Below are positions 1 through 64,000 of a stretch of 64,000 nt of DNA, piece by piece (positions within the stretch are counted from its first letter, which is position 1; each line of letters opens with the position of its first letter). The stretch lies in the NCBI GenBank assembly GCA_040954595.2, contig CM082579.2, forward strand, positions 11,397,625 to 11,461,624, read 5' to 3'. This stretch comes from Balanoglossus misakiensis. Lineage: Eukaryota; Animalia; Hemichordata. A model generated the notes under the pieces. It had not been told where the DNA came from, did not search any database, and saw only the letters and a program-made list of their open reading frames with translations. Made by a program: the position numbers and the translations under genes.

Positions 1-127
1 GGGCATTCTAAAGAACAGATGGTCGCGCTTTTTTTCGCGTGTGCCACCTACATAAAATCTGTGATTGGCTAGATCTCAGTTTGCCATGGTAACTATAGCT
101 AATTTTCAATAGGTGACCGTATCCCGT

Positions 128-1926
128 TAAAATATGTATAAATGTTCTCGTGAAAAATGTGGCATAATATACTGAAAATACTTTTTGAATCTGGACACGT
201 TCCAAGCCATATACTAACAAATGTGGCGTAATCCAGATTTAACCGGCTGTCTATCTCAATGTTATGTGAACGTGTCATGGCCATGTCACGGTGACTGAAT
301 TGCTGGCATCGGAAGTAACTACGTTGATTCTCTGACCAAGTATGCAGTGTTCTAATCAACACAAATGTCTGAATTTAGTCCCACTGAGATAGCAAAGACG
401 TACTGCTAATGAGGATGTACTATTGGGACGAACTGGCGATGGATGAAGTTTGGAAAAAAGTGGATCCTTGCATATACTAAGACTATAACACAACCTACGG
501 CCTCATTAATTTACATGTTACCCAGAAATTTCTACATTCAATTCACTTTAGTTAAATATTAATAATGCGAGTTAATGTCATTTCGTACCTTCTGGCCCAA
601 GGAAAAATGAGAATGTGTATCAGGAGAAAAAAAGAGTATCAGCTATCTGTTAAATGGCATTAAAAAATTAGACAACATATCATACACTATGCTTCTTGCA
701 AACTCGTTAAAATTTCAATTTATTAATTTAGACACCGTACATGTATGATCACACGCCGCGCCTTTCCCAAGTAGTTCGTAAAATTCCTATAGTAGCCGAT
801 GGCATTTCCGGTTAAAACTTTCCGTACTGTATCATATGGATGACGTGCATAAGTTTGTGGTCATTCCAGAGCTTTTGTATCACTGAGTACAGAAATAACG
901 CATACTACATGACAATTATTTGACATTAATAGTACGTAGGAAACAGATTACATGGATGGGTTAATACTATATCCATGTATTGACCAGCCATTTAAGAGCA
1001 TACGCCTGTCTACTCGAGAAGAATATTGAGTCGCTTCAAACTGTATAGTTAAATATAGTTAAATATTGATAAAACCAATTTATCAATCTACTAATGTCAT
1101 TTCAAACCTCGTTAAGAATATATATTCGGGAGAAAAGAAACACAGAGTGCCAGGTATACTAGAAAAAAATTGCATTACAAATTTAAACGTGAAGACAATT
1201 AAATGAGCCTCCGGCACGCGCACTCAGCTCTTAAAATTCCTTTGGTGGCCATGTTACTTTTCGAAAAATGAAAAAAATCTTTGAAAAACTACTTTCAAGA
1301 ACCTTTTCTCAAGAACCACCAGACAGTTCGGAATGGTTGGATGACTACTTATCGATATGTGCGGCGACATTTGCATGGTGGTTCTCTTAGATTAACCATA
1401 TCTGCATAATAGGCTTCTCTTTAGTTCTTATATCTTGTGCATATTTAATTCCATGCTAAAAAGTGACCAGTGGTGTTCGTTTTGTCGGTGGTGGATCAGC
1501 CCGGGCCCTAAATTTAACGCAACTTCCGGATGACATTTGACCAACATTTGCATAGTATGTACAGTATATGTGTTCCTTGTATTTTGTGGAACACGGCACT
1601 ATATGGAGAAATTCATTCAATGACAACTTTGCAAATATTTATTTGTTAATTACGCTCCTGCCTTATTCAAATTTTCCTATTTATGCTAAAGGGAATTTAA
1701 GTCAGAAAATTAAGATATTTGAATAGCCTAACTCGAGAATGTAAACTTTGTAAAATAGTTGTGAAAACCACCTTCTAGAGTAAGGGATTCCCTACCAAAC
1801 CAATTTGCGGACAACCATTCGGCTAAACCACATCCCAAGGATTGTCGTTCATGTTTATCTCATTTAGCTGCTAAAGAAAACATTTTGCAAAAAATGACAA
1901 TCCATTTATTCGACATTACGTGATAT
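128..1926 (+). repeat. Local duplication, copy A
   Basis: Collinear with 4024-6244 from AAAATATGTATAAATGTTCTCGTG to CGACATTACGTGATAT. ORFs 99..362 and 3944..4258 share near-identical translations. Copy A lacks two blocks present in copy B. Confidence 0.9.
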
Positions 1927-4023
1927 AACTTGTCAGCATCCACAGGCAATGACACATAGCAACACAGCGTGTTTTACTGTTAACATTACATAGCAGATGC
2001 ATGCGGCGCCACCGTCGCCGTACATTCCTGGCATACATTATCCAAGCAATGTCGGTAGCCCAATAGGAGGGAAGAAAACTTTTCCGATATTTAACGACGA
2101 TATACCCGTTGTCTTTGATCATGCCACAAGTCCACGACAATATCAATACAAATATGGCGCTAGTATGTGTTTTGTCACCACTGTAGTCCTGCACATACTT
2201 CAGTAAAGAATAGACGTCCGGTGAAACCTGCATAGTAAAACTAAATAAAACTCGATTCTAACGTGACTTGACAGCGACTTCCACCGATCCATGGTTACTC
2301 CAGCGTTTACACACAGCTCTATATTCCCATGATCGCATCATGTGCCCCTGGGACATATTATATTGTCAACGTCATTGCCACTATAATGGTAACGAGTATT
2401 GTTTTTATTTTTGAGGGGTGACGTACAAAGGGTTTCCCATGTAGACTGTGGCCAAAAGCGACACTCGCACAGTCACTATAGCAACGAGAAATAACCTGAA
2501 AATAAGGTATAAGCCCCCCCCACCCAAAAAAATGGTGCAACTTCAGCCGCGTTTAGGCCACGTCCACGTGCCACTCTCCACTGCTGCATTGTCCAGATAG
2601 CGCATTAAGTATTTGTTAGAGAATTTTCCCCGCTTCACAGTGTTAGCCACAAATGTATGATTGATTAATCACACACTTTTCCTCATAGTATGTAGATGCG
2701 CATCTTCTCAGCTTCTGTTTAATTGTTATAATAATATTGAAATACACGCTTCAATCACGGCAACTGCGAGTATTTTTTGCGTGCGCGGTTTTATGTTGTT
2801 GTTGTTGTTTGACATTTTTTTGACATGTCAGATTTGCTCCTAAGAGAGAGAGACACTGTTTTTGTCAAGGAGACTGTAGACTGTTTCTTATTAGTTGTCA
2901 TTGGCTCTTATTTTTATTTCACGTTTGTCTTTGCCTGGTTTCTTGCATGTTTTCATTCCTTTCTTCACCCATTTTAAATGCCCGTGACAGTTTAAAAGGT
3001 AAAAAGATATGCAAAGTTCGTTGGCTTAGTAAGCTATCAGCAAATGTTATGTCTGTTTTCTGGAACCACACAACTTCTCGTCTGTGGTGAAGGAATAACG
3101 AAATCGTGACAAAACATATTCTGTTGTTGTCCTTGGTAATTTCAAGAACTACCCCCTTATTAGACTGTTACAATGACAAAAGAGTATGTTTTTCATAAAT
3201 GCAACAGTGAAATTTTAGTGACATTGGTAAGACTGCGGAAGTCTAATAGTGGCGTTCATTTTTCGTATTTCACAGAAAATATAAGGTACTTTCTTCATTT
3301 TCATCACAGATCTAGAAAACCAAAGTGCAGGCATTCTTAAGGAATGACAAGGGCAGGCATTATACACACTCTCATGCATGCTGGCATCTGTGTTGACAGG
3401 CGGATAGACTTTTCTTTGACAAGTACACCAAAACTTAAAGTGGTGGCTTGCCAGGAATGCACGTTGCCTCCGTTTGACAGTTGCCACAGGCAAAAGGCCC
3501 ACAGGAGATGAGTTGATTTCAGCAGGTTGCAAGCATTTTGGCCGGGTCTGGGGATAGACAAAATATATTGATGCAATGAATGAAGACAACACACATTTTG
3601 GCTTAGATCAGGTGTGGGCAAATGGCAACTGTGAGCAGCAGCCCAGCTTAATACTCAATACAGAAGTGAATTGGTGTGAAATTTAGGCAACTTCTTGCCA
3701 AAATTGCTTTAAAACAGCAATGTAATCTTAATGTCCACAACTGAAGGCTGGTTGAGCTGTAAGGGGGTGCTGTTTAACCTGGCAACTCCCCAAATGCCTG
3801 TAAGATCTGCGTTGAAATTGAAGAAAGAACACAGATTTAAGCATGGTTGAACACCAAAGCCCCCGTGTGTGTTTCAGTGCATATACAGTTAATAATTGAT
3901 GCTGGAGTTTGATGGCGTGCCAAATATACTACAGTCAGGTATTTCACAGAAAATATAGGGTACTTTCTTCATTTTCATTACATACATATTTTTTTTCATA
4001 TTTCTGATGTAACTTCAGAGTCT

Positions 4024-6244
4024 TAAAATATGTATAAATGTTCTCGTGAAAAATGTGGCATAATATAGTGAAAATACTGTTTGAATCTGGACACGTTCCA
4101 AGCCATATACTAACAAATGTGGCGTAATCCAGATTTAACCGGCTGTCCATCTCAATGTTATGTGAAGGTGTCATGGCCATGTCACGATGCCTGAATTGCT
4201 GGCATCGGAAGTAACTACGTTGATTCTCTGACCAAGTATGCAGTGTTCTAATCAACACACATTTCTGAATTTAGTCCCACTGAGATAACAAAGACGTACT
4301 GCTAATGAGGATGTACTGTCGGGACGAACTTGCGATGGATGAACTTTGGAAAAAAGTGGATCCTTGCATATACTAAGACTATAACACAAGCTACGGCCTC
4401 ATTAATTTATGTGTCACCCAGAAATTTCTACATTCAATTCAATTTAGTTAAATATTAATAATGCGAGTTAATGTCATATCGTACCTTCAGGCCCTAGGAA
4501 AAAAGAGAATGTGTATCGGAAAAAAGAGTATCAGCTATCTGTTAAATTGCATTAAAAATTTAAACAGAATATCATACACCCTGCTTCTTGCAAACTCGTT
4601 AAACTGCAAATTGCAATTTATTAATTTAGACACCGTACATGTATGGTCACACGCCGCGCCTTTCCCAAGTAGTTCGTAAAATTCCTAAAGTAGGCGATGG
4701 CATTTGCGGTTAAAACTTTCCGTTCTGTATCATATGGATGACGTGCATAAGTTTGTGGTCATTCCAGACATTTGAAAAATGCTTTGCTCGTGCTCAATGA
4801 CTGCTACATGGATATGCACACATCCCGGGCACACATCTACATTGGGGGGGGGGGGGTTACTGCAGGCCACTGATCTGTGTTGAATTCTGGACATAAATTG
4901 CCAATTTGTGGACAATTTTTCCTTACCTTTGACCTTTATTCGATACATTTTAATATTTATTTGTGCATACAGTATGTAATTCAACGCTTTCACACCAGGG
5001 GTACAGTTTAAGCTTTTGTAACACTGAGAACAGAAATGACGCATACTACATGACAATTATTCGACATTAATAGTACGTAGGAAACAGATTAGACGGATGG
5101 GTCACAATATCCATGTATTGACCAGCCATTTAAGAGCATACGCCTGTCTACCCGAGAAAACTGTTGAGTCGCTTCAAAATGTATGCTTAGAGGCACAGCA
5201 GTCGTAGTTGCCTGATTATCCCAACAGCCTTTTAAGTCAGACAAATGGTATGGCCTTTTCAATTTACCTGCCACACAATGACAATGCCCGAAAATGACAT
5301 TTATTACTCTGACACAAAAGAAGCAAAAACGTTCGTGACAGAGATAGGAATCGAACAATTGTTAAAGGTATTTCAATTCAGTTAAATATTGATATAAGCA
5401 ATTTAACGATCTAATAATGTCATTTAACACCTCTTGAAGAATGTATATTCGGGAGAAAAGAAACACGGAGTGCCAGGTATACTAGAAAGAAATTACATTA
5501 CAAATTTAAACGTGAAGTCAATTAAATGAGCCTCCGGCACGCGCACTCAGCTCCTAAAATTCCTTTAGTGGCCGTTTTAGTTTTCGAAAAATGAAAAAAA
5601 AAAACTTTGAAAAAAAATACTTCTCAAGAACCATCAGAAAGTTCGGAATGGTTGGATGACTACTTATGGATATGTGCGGCGACTTTTGCATAGTGGTTCT
5701 CTTAGATTAACTATATCTGCATAATAGGCTTCTCTTTATTTCTTATATCTTGTGCATATTTAATTCCATGCTTAAAAGTGGACAGTGGGGTTCGTTTTGT
5801 CGACGATGGATCAGCTCGGGCCCAAAATTTAACCCAACTTCTGGATGACATTCGACCAAAATTCGCATATGTCATCAGTATATACATATGTGTTCCTTGT
5901 GTTTTGTGGAACACGGCACTATATGGAGCCATTCATTAAATTACAACTTTGCAAATATTTTTGTTAATGGCACTCCTGCCTTATTCAAAGTTTCATATTT
6001 ATGGTAAAAGGGATTTTAAGTGAGAACATTAAAATGTTTGAACAGCCTAACTATGGAATGTAAACGTTGTAAAATAGTTGTAATTACACCTTTTAGAGTA
6101 AGGGATTCCCTACCAAACCAATTTGCGGACAACCATTCGGCTAAACCACATCCCAAGGACTGTCGTACATTTTTATATCATTTAGCTGCTAAAGAAAGCA
6201 TTTTGCAAAAAATGACAATCCATTTATTCGACATTACGTGATAT
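4024..6244 (+). repeat. Local duplication, copy B (directly upstream of the gene 1 promoter)
   Basis: Matches 128-1926, with extra blocks at about 4769-5010 and 5185-5378. Confidence 0.9.
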
Positions 6245-6364
6245 GCAATCACATAAAATCCCACTTGTGGTCATCGTTCTGAGAAGACCAAAGCACAATA
6301 TCAGATGATACGAGCAATGTGATTATACAAATTATCATACGCAACCGCCCAGGTTACGATTGAG

Positions 6365-6436
6365 TGACGTGCATTGACACATCCAATAAAAGCGCCTGGT
6401 TGTGCCCATAGCAACTGACTGGTGTAATAGTATATA
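6365..6436 (+). promoter_or_regulatory. Putative proximal promoter of gene 1
   Basis: TGACGT (CRE-like) at 6365, CCAAT at 6383 and TATATA at 6431, 60-130 bp upstream of the signal-peptide ATG at 6496. Confidence 0.4.
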
Positions 6437-6495
6437 CACTGTGTGCCCAACAGTTGAAATTGTCTTTCGTGTGGATAACAGGATGATATACTGAG

Positions 6496-21391
<14,896 letters not shown>

Positions 21392-22199
21392 TCACCGGAC
21401 GAGTTTCAACAGCATCTAAGCGAACATCGATATCACGATGACAAGGAAGGACAAAGCGTTGTAGAAAATGTTTATGTTATGTCAAGAGGAATTTAACCAT
21501 CTGTAATTTACGTGTGCTCATGTGTATGGTTTAAAAAATCACTTTTTCTCATCATAGTTGCTCGATAACATTTACAGTAGAGCAATGTGGCTTCAGCAAG
21601 AATTTACCTTAACCTTACACGACGTTGATGGTTTTCATCATTTTACAGTAAATACAATTTAAAAAGTTTCAACGGATAATTTGAATAGCAATATTATGAG
21701 ATGATTTCGATTTATAATTCTGTTAAACGTGTTTCATTGTTTGCTAATGTTTTTTTTATTATTTGTTTTATATCGTCATGGTTTCAGTCATGTCTAAAAG
21801 AATACAAAAGTAACACTGGAAAATTTTTAATTATTTTGTATATGTATAGACTCATCCTGAGCTTTTGTAGGATGAAATTGTTTGCTAATGTTAAGTAGGT
21901 TTTAGTACAACTACTATTTTCAATTTACGTCTCGATATTTACAAGATATTACGTTTGCCGGTCATGTACATCTTTAAGCACATAATATTTCAAATAACTT
22001 GACAAATTTCGCACACACAAAATTAAATTTCGATATATACTATTATTAATTATTATTATTATCATAACTTAAAATGTATCAACCTATATAACTTGTGATA
22101 TGTTCGATGCATTGGAAAGGTAGATGTAGAGGCCAACAAACTTTTACCATAATGTACACATACGAATAATCTATGTAATACAATATGGAACCTGTGTAA

Positions 22200-22233
22200 T
22201 ATAATGATAATGATATTGACGATAATGACGATA

Positions 22234-22265
<32 letters not shown>
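22200..22265. repeat. (GAT)n microsatellite
   Basis: Direct observation. Confidence 0.9.
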
Positions 22266-22800
22266 ATCCTGTAAAGTGTCATACAAGTATGTCATAAAAT
22301 TTTAAATTATACAACTTGGCATGTAAATTTTCTTAGCTGCAATCAGACCACTGTTTGGAAAAGGTTTAAAATATTTGGTTGAGCTGTGTTTTGTTTAGCA
22401 ATAATCAATAAATGGTCGTATTGATATATTAAGTAAAGTTACGATAGTTGTGTTGTTATTTGGATGTTGATAAGGCATCATTTACAAACACCTCTGAGGC
22501 AATGTGGCTTCTGTCATCACAACTTGCATTTATCGCAACAAATAATAAAATTTAAATTATAAATTTTGTCAAAGTAAATTGTCCAAAAATGAAATGCGGT
22601 TTTTACATAAGTCTTCTGGTGATTACTTCACAGTTGATGCAATTAACGATCATGGAAGTGGTTGGAGCTGGGCGAGTCCGTCCCGAGTCGAGTCAGCAAA
22701 TTCCATGAGTGGTTTCGAGCCAACTCAGCGTGACGATCGAAACTCTGTTCGCGCTCGTGTAACGCCGGGAACGCACAACTGACAATCGTGAAGAGGTCGT

Positions 22801-23362
22801 AATACCTTACAGAAAACAGTGTCTGAGTTTGGTTGTATACACTTTATTTACTTTCCTTTGCAAATGCTCAAACGAATGACCCCAGCCGACTCGACAAAGG
22901 TTTCACTGACAATTAAAATTCAGTGCACAGCTTTGCGTCGACGTAAACTTGTGGGGTCTTTTATAAACTTAAGTCGGTCATACAGGTGCTAACCTATGAC
23001 ATTCGAGAGGGTAATGCTTCTGTCGTTAACGTGATACACTTGGCAACCGCAGTAAACATTGTTGAGAAGCACGTTTAACGGTAAGTTCGATAAAACTTCC
23101 ATTGAGACGGGGATCGAGATTTTGTTTACATTCAACCGTTTTGAACCCTTTACTCGACTGACGGTACTATAACCAGTCTGAAACGTATAGCCTTAATACA
23201 CATACCTTTTTGTTGTAGTAAGATACATGACGCATCACGTTTGATTTTTGATAATGTCAATGCTTATCGCTTTGAAAGCAATCCATATGAAACGTAGTAA
23301 CATTTCGAAGTTTAGAACAAGCGATTCATATGAAGAACTTCCTACCTCGAATCACATGACAG
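22801..23362 (+). promoter_or_regulatory. Gene 2 promoter/non-coding first exon, copy 1
   Basis: TATAAA at 22962 and donor ACG|GTAAGT at 23081; duplicated at 23950-24556. Confidence 0.5.
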
Positions 23363-23949
23363 GTATTTAAAAAGGTATGTAAACAGCATCTACACTATTG
23401 GCCTCGCATTAAAGGCACACTTTTGGAATAGTTATTATAATTATTGTTCAAACTGTACTAACTTTAATCCATAAGGATTTATGTACCAAAGTATATTAAA
23501 GTATTAAAAAACCCTAAGTGTGAGTGCATATGCAGGTTTTAAGCAGAAAAAAATAGGCTATGCCGCAAGAGAATATGGCTGCCACTGTGGGAAAAAGCAA
23601 AATACATTGAAAATGTTGCATTTAGCATACATGTACATATTAATGAACCTGTTTGTTTGAAAATCAGCCATTACGGAAAAAGCGACCAAGAAATATCAAG
23701 AGACCCAGTAGAGTATGCATTCGCCAGAATATCTCACAAACTCGCGTTTCAAATTTCAAGAAAGACTCTCCCCCATTATGTAATTTACTTAAAGTTTATC
23801 TTAGGTATGTTGACAACGTCAGTAGTTGTGATGCACAAAGTAGGTAAAGGTGTCATGTACACGATTTTTGGTTTTGTATCTGTAAACAGACTAACACATG
23901 ACTAAATTCCAACGTCTCTTTTATTTCCTCTATTCAAAAATACAGCGAC

Positions 23950-24556
23950 AATACCTTACAGAAAATAGTGTCTGAGTTTGGTTTCATACACTTTATTTAC
24001 TTTCCTTTGCAAATGCTCAAACGAATGACCCCAGCCGACTCGACAAAGGTTTCATTGACAATTAAAATTCAGTGCACAGCTTTGCCTCGTAGTAAACTTG
24101 TGGTTTTTTTATAAGTCGGTCAGACAGGTGCTAACCTATGACATTCGAGACGGTAATGCTTCTGTCGTTAACGTGATAGACTTGGCAACCGCAGTAAACA
24201 TTGTTGAGAAGCACGTTTAGCGGTAAGTTCGATAGAACTGCCATTGAGACGGGGATCGAGATTTTGTTTTCACTCCATTTTGTTTTTGGAGTCGCAGAGG
24301 TCCAGCACCCTTTACACCTCTGACGCTACCATAACCAGTCTGTAACGCGTGGCCTTAGTACACATGCCTTTCATTTATTAGTTGTAGTAAGATACATGAC
24401 GCATCAAGTTTGATTTTTGATAATGTCAATGCTTATCGCTTTGATGTCAATCCATATGAAATGTAATAACCTTTCGAAGTTAACAACAATCGATTCATAT
24501 TGAGAAACTCCTAGTTTGAATCACAATAGAGAACCTCCTGCTTGAATCACGTGACA
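23950..24556 (+). promoter_or_regulatory. Gene 2 promoter/non-coding first exon, copy 2
   Basis: Near-identical to 22801-23362; TATAAG at 24110 and donor GCG|GTAAGT at 24223. The ATG exon has an acceptor at 24635-24636. Confidence 0.5.
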
Positions 24557-24638
24557 GCCATTCAAAAGTAAAAAGAAAGAATGGTTGTACACTACTCTCT
24601 ATTACTTCATCTGCGTCTATTTTTGTTTTACCTTAGAC

Positions 24639-64000
<39,362 letters not shown>

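Noticed and set aside
1916-3621. Short ORFs of 60-125 aa on both strands
   Set aside because: No recognisable domain or consistent splice structure.
21392-24600. Search for TM/PLAT/7TM exons continuing gene 1
   Set aside because: Only AT-rich UTR-like sequence, a microsatellite and the duplicated promoter. Hydrophobic ORF 21701-21898 is low-complexity with no family motif.

Overview
AT-rich eukaryotic genomic DNA with GT-AG introns, microsatellites and TE remnants. The domain repertoire suggests a marine invertebrate deuterostome such as a hemichordate or echinoderm (inference). I reconstructed two + strand multi-exon genes by hand from splice sites and phase continuity. Gene 1 (about 6496-21391, 20 exons, about 1108 aa) encodes signal peptide - 4 group-A SRCR - pentraxin - HYR - polycystin-1-like GAIN/GPS, with no transmembrane region. 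Its frame stops exactly at the GPS autoproteolysis site (CMCNHL-stop) because of a 10-bp tandem duplication, and the canonical post-cleavage TSF strand survives out of frame just behind it. Gene 2 (24639 to beyond 64000, at least 46 coding exons) is a giant SVEP1/Uninflatable-like protein: signal peptide, 7 HYR and 16 sushi, a furin-site module, 3 ephrin-receptor-like Cys-rich repeats, 21 EGF, LamG/pentraxin-like, 2 EGF, TSP1, sushi. It sits behind a tandemly duplicated promoter/first exon. Non-coding DNA holds a Tigger/pogo remnant, a 5'-truncated LINE with TSD, Helentron-like elements, a MITE inside a splice donor, a hairpin-ended repeat family and a 1.8-2.2 kb local duplication. All exon boundaries are manual predictions without transcript evidence.
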